Below, piece by piece: positions 1-8,325 of a stretch of 30,072 bases of DNA; position 1 is the stretch's first letter, and each line of letters opens with the position of its first letter. This DNA is from Pseudobdellovibrionaceae bacterium (GTDB lineage Bacteria > Bdellovibrionota > Bdellovibrionia > Bdellovibrionales > Bdellovibrionaceae). Both the position numbers and the translations under genes were made by a program. Where the stretch lies: the NCBI GenBank assembly GCA_041288045.1, contig JBGGMM010000113.1:1-30072 (forward strand). The letters are read 5' to 3'. The notes below the pieces were generated by a model. That model had not been told where the DNA came from. It did not search any database and saw only the letters and a list, made by a program, of their open reading frames with translations.

Positions 1-37
1 TTCCTCTTTCCCTCCCTTTCCCCTCCTCCCCTTAAGG

Positions 38-273
38 TTTTCTGGAAACTCGCCGCAGGCGAGCCCCGAAGGGGTGAGGCCCGGATGGCCGAATTTCCAG
101 AAAAGACGGACACGGACGTTCACGATCAGGCAAAGACGCAAGCTTCGCACACCACCTCACCAAATGACTTCGCGACAATCCCTCATCCACGATGTTGACC
201 GTCGGCACACCATACCAACGGACAACATCATGGATGGAGGGTCTCAAGCACAGCGGTGTCGAAGTGGTCGTCT
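38..273. repeat. Multi-hairpin palindromic element (REP/REPIN-like or structured ncRNA)
   Basis: TTTTCTGGAAACTCG (38-52) pairs with CGAATTTCCAGAAAA (90-104) with one mismatch. Short hairpins lie within it: CTCGCC-GCA-GGCGAG (overlapping the left arm), CCCC-GAA-GGGG and GGCC-CGGAT-GGCC. A second ~26-bp imperfect stem is formed by 180-205 with 215-241. No credible CDS here. Confidence 0.55.
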
Positions 274-364
274 GGCAAGTTTAAAAAATGGCAGGTCGTT
301 TGATGTTCTGTCTGTTTATCGTCTGCTTATGGGCAGACGCTAGTTGGAGTGCGGTTTGGATCTG

Positions 365-409
365 AAAAAAGAAATGGGTGCAGGAGAATAGAGGGGACTC
401 CTGCACCCA
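365..409 (-). terminator. Intrinsic terminator downstream of the aceB-aceA fusion
   Basis: Perfect 12-bp stem TGGGTGCAGGAG (375-386) / CTCCTGCACCCA (398-409), followed on the minus strand by TTTCTTTTTT, about 45 nt after the stop codon. Confidence 0.8.
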
Positions 410-454
410 ATGAATAAAGAGGACCAAAACCGGATCCTCTTTTGAATTTGATTT

Positions 455-3319
455 TTAGTGCGCGTTCAATGTCGTTTTACTGCCGTGGAACTGCTCTTCT
501 GTTGAGCCAACAAGGGCTCCAGTTGAAGCTTTTCCTTCAGCGATTGTTTGCAAGACATGGTCAAAGTAGCCAGTGCCGACTTCTTGTTGGTGGCGAACGG
601 CTGTGTAACCGACCTTGGCTCCGGCAAATTCGTGCTCTTGCAAGTTCACATAGGCTGTCATGCCAGCCGTTGAGTACTGTCTTGCCAATTCAAAAGTGTG
701 GTAGTTGAGCAAATGCCAACCTGCCAAAGTGATGAATTGGAATTTGTAACCCAATTGACCCAAACGATTTTGGAACTGAGCAATCTCTTCGTCCGACAAA
801 TGCATTTTCCAGTTGAAGGAAGGAGAGCAGTTGTAGGCTAGAACTTTGCCTGGGTATTTGGCGTGAATTTCAGCTGCGAATTTTTCTGCTTCTGCCATAT
901 CTGGCTTCGAAGTTTCAAACCACAGAACGTCAGCCCATGCACCATAGGCCAGGCCGCGGGCAATAGCATAATCCAATCCGCCGCGAATATGGAAATAGCC
1001 CTCAGGAGTTCTCTCGCCAGTGAGGAATTCGCGATCGGCTTCATCAATATCAGAAGTCATCAAATTGGCGCTCAGAGCATCCGTGCGGGCAATGATCACT
1101 GTTGGCACATCCAAGACGTCAGAGGCCAAACGAGCCGCCTGCAAAGTGCGAACAAAATTGCAAGTCGGGATCAAAACTTTGCCTGCCAAGTGACCGCATT
1201 TTTTTTCTGCTGCCAATTGATCTTCAAAGTGAACACCTGAAGCACCCGCTTCAATCATTGATTTCATCAATTCAAAAGCATGCAAAGGACCACCGAATCC
1301 GGCTTCTGCATCGGCGATGATCGGTGCGTACCAGTCATGACCGCGACCCACATGTCCTTGCGCTTTTTCGATTTGATCCGCTCTTTGAAAGGCATTGTTG
1401 ATTCGCTTCACAACAGCTGGAACTGAATTGGATGGATAAAGACTTTGATCAGGATATGTCTGTCCAGCCAAATTGGCATCAGCGGCCACTTGCCATCCGC
1501 TCAGGTAAATGGCTTTCAGTCCGCCCTTCACCATTTGCACTGCTTGAGCGCCGGTCATCGCCCCGAAAGTGCGAGTGTAATGCTCCTCATGCAACATCTT
1601 CCAAAGCTTTCTGGCACCGAAAGCAGCGATGGTGTGTTGTACTGGAAGAGTGGTTCGAAGCTTGAGCACATCCGCTGGGCTGTAGTTGCGCTGGATTCCC
1701 TGCCATCGAGGGTCGTGACTCCAAGCGTACTCGAGCTGAGAGGCGGAAGCTTCTGTTGTGACTGTCATTGAGTTCTCCTTATGGTGTATGAGGTTGAGCG
1801 TTTCTTCAGATTCCAAAGTTAAAAATTCTTTAAAGTCAGTGGCTCGCACCAAGCGATTCAAAAGCCGAAAAGCTTCCTTCAAAAACGGAGCTTCACTGGC
1901 ATTGATTTTTTTGAGCTCTTCGGCGGCCCATCGGTCGTAAAGTTCCAAAGTGAAAACAGGTCCTTCTTTTAATTTCACTTGGTGATGCACCCATTGCCAA
2001 AGCTGACTTCGCGAAATTTCAGCGGTGGCCGCATCTTCCATGAGATTGTTCAAGGCGACAGCTCCCAATCCTCCAAGCCACTTTTCAATATAGAGCAAAC
2101 AAACTCGAATATTGCTTCGCACTCCTGCTTCGCTCACGGCTCCGCCTTCAATGGAAGTGTTGAGAAGCTCTGGACCTTTGACTTCGACGGCCGGAATTTT
2201 ATTTTTTTGATTTGGCTGAGAACCCAAAACTTTATTGAATTCAACTTCGGCAACAGCAATCAAATCCGGATGCGCCACCCAAGTGCCGTCAAAACCCAAA
2301 TTGGCTTCACGGGCTTTGTCTTGTGTGACGTTCATCAGAGCCTGCTTGGTCACTTCTGGTTCTTTGCGATTGGGAATAAAGGCCGACATTCCACCCATGG
2401 CATGGGCTCCACGACGATGGCAAGTGCGAACCAAAAGGTCACAGTAAGCCTTCATAAAAGGAGTGCTCATGGTGACTTGAGCTCTGTCGGGCAAAATCAT
2501 TTTAGAATTGAAATGGAATTTTTTAATCAGACTGAAAATATAATCCCATCGACCGGCATTAAGACCTGCCGCATGCTCGCGAAGTTCAAAAAGAATTTCT
2601 TCCATCTCAAAGGCCGCCGGCAGAGTTTCAATCAAACATGTGGCACGAATCGTTCCACGCGGGATTTTCAAAGCGTCTTGGGCAAAGTTGAAAACATCAT
2701 TCCAAAGCCGGGCTTCCAAATGACTTTCCATTTTTGGCAGATAAAAATAAGGACCCGATCCCCGCGCCAAAAGCTCTTTGGCGTTGTGGAAAAAATAAAG
2801 CCCAAAATCCACTAGGGATCCTGACATCACTTCGCCTGAAACCTGCAGGTTGGGTTCTTCCAAATGCCAGCCGCGAGGGCGAACCACTAAAGTGGCCGTC
2901 TTACTTTGAAGACGATACTGCTTTCCAGTTTCATTGGTGAATTCAAGATTTTTCCGCACAGCTTGATAAAGAGCCTTTTGCCCTTCCACCAAATTGAACC
3001 AAGTGGGCGAAAGCGAATCTTCAAAATCGGCCATAAAAACTTTGGCACTGGAATTCAATGCATTGATGATCATCTTCGCTTCGGCAGGGCCAGTGATTTC
3101 GACTCGGCGATCATTCAAATCAGCTGGAGCGGCCGCCACTTGCCACGAGCTTTCACGAATGGATTTTGTCTCTGCCAAAAACTGAAGAGTTCCGCCTTTT
3201 TTCAATTCCTCGGCGCGCAAATGACGTTTGTTTAAAAGTTCCTGTCGTCGCGAATTGAATTTGCGATGAAGCTCATTGAGAAAGTGCAAGGCCTCGGAAG
3301 AAAGCAGTTGGAAACTCAT
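455..3319 (-). CDS. aceB-aceA: Malate synthase A - isocitrate lyase fusion protein (MS N-terminal, ICL C-terminal)
   Basis: The N-terminal half has malate synthase A motifs ([60 protein letters not shown]). The C-terminal half has ICL motifs ([52 protein letters not shown]). No stop between them. Start moved to ATG 3319 (AAGGAG 7 nt upstream). Confidence 0.95.
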   Translation of the reverse strand: MSFQLLSSEALHFLNELHRKFNSRRQELLNKRHLRAEELKKGGTLQFLAETKSIRESSWQVAAAPADLNDRRVEITGPAEAKMIINALNSSAKVFMADFEDSLSPTWFNLVEGQKALYQAVRKNLEFTNETGKQYRLQSKTATLVVRPRGWHLEEPNLQVSGEVMSGSLVDFGLYFFHNAKELLARGSGPYFYLPKMESHLEARLWNDVFNFAQDALKIPRGTIRATCLIETLPAAFEMEEILFELREHAAGLNAGRWDYIFSLIKKFHFNSKMILPDRAQVTMSTPFMKAYCDLLVRTCHRRGAHAMGGMSAFIPNRKEPEVTKQALMNVTQDKAREANLGFDGTWVAHPDLIAVAEVEFNKVLGSQPNQKNKIPAVEVKGPELLNTSIEGGAVSEAGVRSNIRVCLLYIEKWLGGLGAVALNNLMEDAATAEISRSQLWQWVHHQVKLKEGPVFTLELYDRWAAEELKKINASEAPFLKEAFRLLNRLVRATDFKEFLTLESEETLNLIHHKENSMTVTTEASASQLEYAWSHDPRWQGIQRNYSPADVLKLRTTLPVQHTIAAFGARKLWKMLHEEHYTRTFGAMTGAQAVQMVKGGLKAIYLSGWQVAADANLAGQTYPDQSLYPSNSVPAVVKRINNAFQRADQIEKAQGHVGRGHDWYAPIIADAEAGFGGPLHAFELMKSMIEAGASGVHFEDQLAAEKKCGHLAGKVLIPTCNFVRTLQAARLASDVLDVPTVIIARTDALSANLMTSDIDEADREFLTGERTPEGYFHIRGGLDYAIARGLAYGAWADVLWFETSKPDMAEAEKFAAEIHAKYPGKVLAYNCSPSFNWKMHLSDEEIAQFQNRLGQLGYKFQFITLAGWHLLNYHTFELARQYSTAGMTAYVNLQEHEFAGAKVGYTAVRHQQEVGTGYFDHVLQTIAEGKASTGALVGSTEEQFHGSKTTLNAH
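1766..1781 (-). promoter_or_regulatory. Internal in-frame ribosome binding site and ATG at the start of the ICL domain
   Basis: Minus strand reads TAAGGAG-AACTCA-ATG (ATG at 1768), in frame, at the MS/ICL junction (HKENS-MTVT). Confidence 0.7.
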
Positions 3320-3485
3320 AAACTGACTCCTTTTCAAACTGACCTAAGTCTAGCCGAAAGTGGGGCAATAATGTCCAGAAGAAGTTCATTTTCATCAGTT
3401 TATTCGCATAGTTAGAGCATTTACTCTTAGAGCACTTATTCTAAATTGAGTGAGGAATACCTAAAGCCTTGCCTGCCGCCAACGA

Positions 3486-3914
3486 TCAAACCAAAGGATC
3501 ATGGCCTCTTTGGAAAAGAATCAACCCCTGAGCTTCCAATTCGAAAGCCTTTTCAAGAATTTCTTTTTGAGCGGCTTCAACTTTTGTTAAAGGCTGAGGT
3601 CCCAAGTGATCCAAAGCCGCTTTGAGTAAATCAGCTCGGCGCTGAGGTAGAATTTTTAAGATTGAATCAACAAATTCTTTATTTTTCCCGCGAAGGGCCA
3701 TCACCCAGCGAGGATCCGGCACGCTTTGAAAAAGTTTGCTGAGGCCTTGAGGGTTCGCGGAAAGAAGATCCTCAAAGACGATCAGGTTTTTCTTTAGCTT
3801 CTCGGCCATCTGCGGATCTTTTTTTAAAATGTCTGCAAGGATCCGCGCCTGTGATTTGCTGTCTAAAGCACGAAGCGCTTCCAGTGCCGATTCAAAACCT
3901 TTGATTTTCCCCAT
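3486..3914 (-). CDS. Stand-alone FliG C-terminal-domain protein
   Basis: DPQMAEKLKKNLIVFEDL...MALRG...LPQRRADLL...LGP...VEAAQKEI matches the FliG-C pattern (FTFEDL, ALKG, MSxRAA, GPV, VExAQxxI). Only 142 aa; AAGGA upstream. Confidence 0.8.
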   Translation of the reverse strand: MGKIKGFESALEALRALDSKSQARILADILKKDPQMAEKLKKNLIVFEDLLSANPQGLSKLFQSVPDPRWVMALRGKNKEFVDSILKILPQRRADLLKAALDHLGPQPLTKVEAAQKEILEKAFELEAQGLILFQRGHDPLV

Positions 3915-3923
3915 TCATCATCC

Positions 3924-4841
3924 TTACATGATCGACCCTTTGGGGATCGGAGTGTTTTCAGGAGCTGGAATAAATTCCAGATCATCGCCAGGAATTTTTT
4001 GAAACCGCGGACTGTCGGATCGAGGACCTAAAATCCAATCGCGTTTGGCTTCTTCTAGTTTTTCCGAAGAGCTCGAAACAAGATTCCACCAAATCAGTCG
4101 GGGCCCGACGGGATGACCGCCAAGAATCATCATGCGGCTGTCGGCCTGGGCCTGGATCTCGGCTCCAGCTCCGGATTTCAAAATGACCATCGATTGCGGT
4201 TCAATGTTTTGATTTTCAATCAAAACATTTCCCTCGACCAAATAGAGGGCGGTCTCTCGAGGATCCTCAGGCCAAGAAAAGCGCGAACCTTTGGGCATTT
4301 TGACTTCTAAATAAAAAAGATCGGAATGAAGTCGGACTGGACTTTGCTTGCCAAAAGCTTTTCCCAAAAGAAGTTTACAGTGGATATTTTGGATTTCAAA
4401 TTCAGGCAAAGTGCTCGCCGGATGATGCTTGAAGCTGGGCTCAGTCTCTTCGAATTCTGTGGGGAGCGCCACCCAACACTGAATTCCGTTCACTCGTCCG
4501 CCTGTTTTGCGAAAATTCGCCGGTGATCGCTCTGAATGCACAATTCCCCGTCCCGCAGTCATCCAATTGATGGCGCCAGGTTCAATCACTTGCTCAGATC
4601 CCAAACTGTCCCGATGAAAAATTTGACCTTCGAAAAGATAAGTCACTGTTGCAAGCCCGATATGCGGATGCGGCCGCACGTCCATGCCTTTGCCAGAAGG
4701 CAAATCCGCCGGACCCATGTGATCAAAAAAAATGAAAGGCCCCACCATGCGGTGAGTGGCATATGGCAAAAGTCTGCGAACAGTGAAGCCGCCTAAATCT
4801 CGATCTCTTGCAGTCACGACCAATTCAATTTTTTCATTCAT
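3924..4841 (-). CDS. Pirin family protein
   Basis: VGPFIFFDHMGP, DVRPHPHIGLATVTYLFEG, HRDSLG, WMTAGRGIVHSE and QCWVALP are pirin/cupin metal-binding motifs. Start is ATG 4841 or GTG 4850. Confidence 0.93.
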   Translation of the reverse strand: MNEKIELVVTARDRDLGGFTVRRLLPYATHRMVGPFIFFDHMGPADLPSGKGMDVRPHPHIGLATVTYLFEGQIFHRDSLGSEQVIEPGAINWMTAGRGIVHSERSPANFRKTGGRVNGIQCWVALPTEFEETEPSFKHHPASTLPEFEIQNIHCKLLLGKAFGKQSPVRLHSDLFYLEVKMPKGSRFSWPEDPRETALYLVEGNVLIENQNIEPQSMVILKSGAGAEIQAQADSRMMILGGHPVGPRLIWWNLVSSSSEKLEEAKRDWILGPRSDSPRFQKIPGDDLEFIPAPENTPIPKGSIM

Positions 4842-5048
4842 TGAAGCCACCTTTCTTCACCATATTTTCACTAGACCTCAGCCGAGCTTATGCAATCCTG
4901 GACTGCGAGAGAAGCGGATTCCCATGCCATACTCAGTCAATAATCCACAGTGCAAAATAAGCAAGAGGCCAAACAAGAAACCTTTGACCCTTGGGACTGA
5001 CGCTGCCTTCAAAAGGCGCAATGAAACTTGAGCACACAAGGAAGATTC

Positions 5049-6017
5049 ATGCGAACTCAAATGACACCTTTCTTCTTGATTCTTTTGATTCAAACTCTTT
5101 TAGGATCTCTCTCGGTGGCCGCCTCAACAAGCGACGATTTAGAATCTGAACTGAACACCGCTTGGGTCGGACAATCCAACATCCGTCCCAGCACGGCTTC
5201 GAATAGCCTGGCAACAGGCTTGGACGTCACCGAGGGCAATCTCGAATACGTGGTCTGTATGACTGGAAATCGATTGAATGTGCGCACTCAAAGCCTGAGC
5301 CAAGTGCTTTTCACTGTGGCCCCCTACGCACAAGTCCTTCCAGTTCAGTCTTTCGGCACCGACCGCTTACAAAAAGTCATCAATGGAATCACTTACACAT
5401 TTATGAAAGCCCAATTTCCCGAACGAAATTCCGATCTGAACACTGGATGGGTGGCCGAGGATTTTGTGCGGCTCAAATCAGAATGCCCAGGTGCCATCAC
5501 CGAATCTTCAACTGGATTGGCCTCTTCGAAGCGGATTTTCCCCACAGTGAATAGACCCATCGAATCTTACCGCACCGGAGCTCGGCGATTTGGCTCACCC
5601 CGAGACAATGGAAGCCGATTGCATGCCGCCAGTGATCTGTACGCAACCCACGGTGAAAACGTACTTTCGATTTATTCCGGAAAAGTAATTCGAACTCTCT
5701 ATTATTTTTACCAAGGCACCTACGCCTTGGAAGTGAAGCATTCCGATGGAAAAGTTGTCCGTTACGGAGAAATCACCGGCAAATCCGCTCCCAACACTTC
5801 CAAGAATGACTCGGTTTCGGCCGGCCAAGTGATTGGTTATGTTGGCACTGTCAATTCTGGCTGCTGCCATCCAATGCTTCATTTTGAAATGTACGCCGGA
5901 ACTCAAACTGGAAACCTCTTGACCAGCGGAAACATCTACAATCGACGCTCAGACCTCTTAGATCCCACAGAATATTTAGCCAAGTGGGAAAAGGAGAAAT
6001 TCGGAACATCCTACTAA
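5049..6017 (+). CDS. Secreted M23-family metallopeptidase with a probable SH3-like N-terminal domain
   Basis: Signal peptide; LNVR...TGWVAEDFV resembles SH3b; the C-terminal domain has FGSPR..HAASDLY (HxxxD), VSAGQVIGYVG and MLHFE, typical of M23 zinc ligands. Start 5049 or 5061. Confidence 0.85.
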   Translation: MRTQMTPFFLILLIQTLLGSLSVAASTSDDLESELNTAWVGQSNIRPSTASNSLATGLDVTEGNLEYVVCMTGNRLNVRTQSLSQVLFTVAPYAQVLPVQSFGTDRLQKVINGITYTFMKAQFPERNSDLNTGWVAEDFVRLKSECPGAITESSTGLASSKRIFPTVNRPIESYRTGARRFGSPRDNGSRLHAASDLYATHGENVLSIYSGKVIRTLYYFYQGTYALEVKHSDGKVVRYGEITGKSAPNTSKNDSVSAGQVIGYVGTVNSGCCHPMLHFEMYAGTQTGNLLTSGNIYNRRSDLLDPTEYLAKWEKEKFGTSY

Positions 6018-6029
6018 GGAGGAGTCCCT

Positions 6030-6731
6030 GTGACAAAAACACAAAAAGTGATCCTAGCTATCCTCATCTTCGGAAATGGAGTTCTCGCTTATATCAGTCG
6101 CGAACAAGAAAAAACCAAGCCTTCTGAAGCCCCCATCGCCTCCACTCCTTCGGAAGTCAGTGAAAAAAGAGACCCAGCTTCTCAAACGACGGAACCAACA
6201 CCGCCAACTGCAGTAGAGAGTCTGGCCGACCGCCAAAGTCTCGAGGACATGACTCAAACTCTGTTTCAGTACACTCGCCCCGACACACAGCTTCGTGATT
6301 TGGTCGATTATTTGGAAAGAAGCAGGCAAGAGCCCATGCTCACTCGGAACGAAAATGCGGACACTGGAGAAATGGTGATCGTTCGCACCAAAAGCCCACT
6401 CCCCGGCACTCGTTACTTTCATGCTCAGTATGTGAAAGATGAAAATGACAAAGGCTTTGTTCAGCACATGTCTTTTGAATTCAAACCGGGCCCTGAGGCC
6501 ATGAATCAGGCTCAGGAAGCTGTGAGAAAGTTCTTTCCCAATCTGAGTGATCCGCAAGATCAGAAAGAGGACTTCGTAAAATGGAATCTGGATCAGGATC
6601 ATATTCTTTGGATCAAGCGAATGGGTCCCCAAGATCTTAAAGACGATCCCTTCAATGCCTATTCAAAAGATGATGTCGGCACCATTCGAGTGGCTGTGGA
6701 AGTTGAAATCCACAACCACTCTGAAAATTGA
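6030..6731 (+). CDS. Hypothetical N-terminally membrane-anchored protein
   Basis: AAGGAGG overlapping the M23 stop, then a GTG start; one hydrophobic segment, a P/T/S/E linker containing KRDPAS, then a globular domain I cannot assign. Confidence 0.75.
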   Translation: MTKTQKVILAILIFGNGVLAYISREQEKTKPSEAPIASTPSEVSEKRDPASQTTEPTPPTAVESLADRQSLEDMTQTLFQYTRPDTQLRDLVDYLERSRQEPMLTRNENADTGEMVIVRTKSPLPGTRYFHAQYVKDENDKGFVQHMSFEFKPGPEAMNQAQEAVRKFFPNLSDPQDQKEDFVKWNLDQDHILWIKRMGPQDLKDDPFNAYSKDDVGTIRVAVEVEIHNHSEN

Positions 6732-6736
6732 TTTTC

Positions 6737-7219
6737 TTATTTTGGCTGAGAGTGTGACTCTTTGGTGTGATAAAAGCTTTGATAGGTTTTCATGTCAAAT
6801 TTCCACCCTTGAGGCGTTTGCAGAAAAGGAATCAAGCGCTTTTCTCCCTTGGCATCTGCTTCAACCACCGCGTGATCCTCAGCAATGATTTCGTTGTTGC
6901 AACTGAGATCCTGGATCTTTTCAAAATACTTCTGACCCATTTTTTCAAAGTCAGCTTTTTTGGGTTGAGCTTTTTTAGGCGGCATTCCTGTGGAAAGGCT
7001 CGCAAAAGTCTCAAAGTTTTTATTTTTTGCAGCTTCAGCAATCGCTTTGCAAGCTGCCGTTGGGCCCGCCGGAGACGCTGCGCTGGCAGAGGCAGTTGGT
7101 GCTGCGCTCGTTGAGCTGCCGCTCAATTGTGAGCTACTGGAATCTTCCGATTGAACTTCTTTATTTGCACAGGCCATTAAACTGACCAATATAAATCCTA
7201 ACATCAGGTGTTTTGTCAT
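6737..7219 (-). CDS. Lipoprotein of unknown function (possible DUF4878/NTF2-like fold)
   Basis: AGGAGG upstream of ATG 7219; lipobox LMA-C; Ser/Ala linker; C-terminal strands HAVVE...IPFLQTPQGWKFD. Confidence 0.75.
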   Translation of the reverse strand: MTKHLMLGFILVSLMACANKEVQSEDSSSSQLSGSSTSAAPTASASAASPAGPTAACKAIAEAAKNKNFETFASLSTGMPPKKAQPKKADFEKMGQKYFEKIQDLSCNNEIIAEDHAVVEADAKGEKRLIPFLQTPQGWKFDMKTYQSFYHTKESHSQPK

Positions 7220-7359
7220 GATGTCCTCCTTTTCTTCTAGCCTGAAGTACAAATCCATCTTGAGCATCACGCAAGCTGATCCCTGACAAAGAAAAGGCAA
7301 ATTTCCCCTTTGCTCTGAAGGAAAAATTCGAGAGCTGCCATTCCACTGCGGACCTGGAG

Positions 7360-7375
7360 TGGCATATGACTTGCT
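7360..7375 (+). promoter_or_regulatory. Sigma54 (-24/-12) promoter
   Basis: TGGCATATGACTTGCT has GG-N10-GC with TGGCA and TTGC, 33 nt upstream of ATG 7409. Confidence 0.8.
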
Positions 7376-7408
7376 CCTCTTTCATTTCGAAAAAGAAAGG
7401 AAGGGATT

Positions 7409-7873
7409 ATGTACACTGACAGTTTTACTCAACCCGACGGCGAAGTGAAATCCTATGGATCTATCATTCGCGAGCTGGGAATGAGTGCGAAGGATTTAAT
7501 CCAAAGTGAAATCAGCTTGATGACAGCCGAATTAAAACATGTGGCTCAGGATGTAGGACGTCACTCAGCTCAAGCAGCCGCTTTCGGCGCTCTTTTAGCT
7601 CTGAGTGTTTTTCCCTTCTTGGCATTTGTTGTGATCGGCCTTGGCGATCTTCTGGATGGGCGATATTGGCTGAGCTCATTGATTGTGGCCGTGATTTGCG
7701 CCGCTGTCGGGGGACCCTTGGCCTACCGGGCCTTTCGAAAGATCAAAGAAAACGACATCAAATTCACGCATTCAAAAGCCAAGCTTCAAAGAGGCTTGGA
7801 AGCCTTTTCAGGAAAAATAGACCAAGTCAAAGATGCAGCGAGAGGAGACCGCTATGGACAACAACATCACTAA
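7409..7873 (+). CDS. YqjE-like / 'phage holin family' two-TM membrane protein
   Basis: SIIRELG..DLIQSEISLMTAELK amphipathic N-terminus, two TM helices (..LGDLLDGRYWLSSLIVAVI..), basic tail. Confidence 0.75.
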   Translation: MYTDSFTQPDGEVKSYGSIIRELGMSAKDLIQSEISLMTAELKHVAQDVGRHSAQAAAFGALLALSVFPFLAFVVIGLGDLLDGRYWLSSLIVAVICAAVGGPLAYRAFRKIKENDIKFTHSKAKLQRGLEAFSGKIDQVKDAARGDRYGQQHH

Positions 7874-8321
7874 TCCTAAAATTGACAATGCGATTTTTCG
7901 TGCCGAGCAGGCAGTGGAAAATAGCATCAACAAATTTGAAGCCGCCATGGAGCACCTTGCTGAAAAAGCGGAGATGACTTCACAAAAGCTTCAGCATGTC
8001 CGCGATGTGGGCCGAAGATCTAAAGATCAATTGGTTCATTTGAAAGACGAGGTCACCAGCACCTTTGAACCGGTGATGCCTTACGTGAGCCGAGCTCGCT
8101 CTGTGTCTCGTTCAGCTGTTGGCGAAGTTAGAAGAAACTCAAGACCTCTGTTTGTCAGCGCTTTGGGTCTTTTGGGTGGCTATCTGATCTATCGCTACTT
8201 TCTGAAAGAAAGATCCTCGGGAGTTTGGCTGAGCAATCAATATTCTGCCGCAGCAAACAATGCCTTTTCTTCTTCGGGTCAATCCGCTGACCAGTTTTCG
8301 AATCTTTCTTATCCCAGATAA
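7854..8321 (+). CDS. ElaB/YqjD/DUF883-like tail-anchored helical protein
   Basis: AGGAG before ATG 7854, overlapping the upstream stop; long helical region followed by EVRRNSRPLFVSALGLLGGYLIYRYF near the C-terminus. Confidence 0.6.
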   Translation: MDNNITNPKIDNAIFRAEQAVENSINKFEAAMEHLAEKAEMTSQKLQHVRDVGRRSKDQLVHLKDEVTSTFEPVMPYVSRARSVSRSAVGEVRRNSRPLFVSALGLLGGYLIYRYFLKERSSGVWLSNQYSAAANNAFSSSGQSADQFSNLSYPR

Positions 8322-8325
8322 ATAA

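Noticed and set aside
134..273. Rod-like fold as 6S RNA, tRNA or retron msr-msd
   Set aside because: No recognisable 6S or tRNA conserved motifs, no usual 6S gene neighbours, and no reverse transcriptase in the window.
32..343. ORFs 32..247(-) and 74..343(+)
   Set aside because: They run through the palindromic element, lack an RBS and have no protein-like features.
1979..2815. 278-aa plus-strand ORF and other long antisense ORFs (e.g. 6054..6632), plus the off-frame ORF 12141..12731
   Set aside because: Shadow frames of well-supported genes with no motifs of their own.
3361..3377. TGGGGCAATAATGTCCA upstream of aceB-aceA, sharing GGGGCAATAAT with 22340-22350
   Set aside because: It resembles the candidate enhancer, but no GG-N10-GC promoter lies between it and the start codon, so aceBA cannot be placed in the regulon. 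It may be an unrelated operator.
4914..4929. TGGCATGGGAATCCGC upstream of pirin as a sigma54 promoter
   Set aside because: Spacing is GG-N11-GC and TTGC is absent; sigma54 spacing is strict.
7409..7873. Holin as evidence of a prophage
   Set aside because: No phage genes nearby; pairing with an ElaB/YqjD-like gene fits the cellular YqjE-type family.
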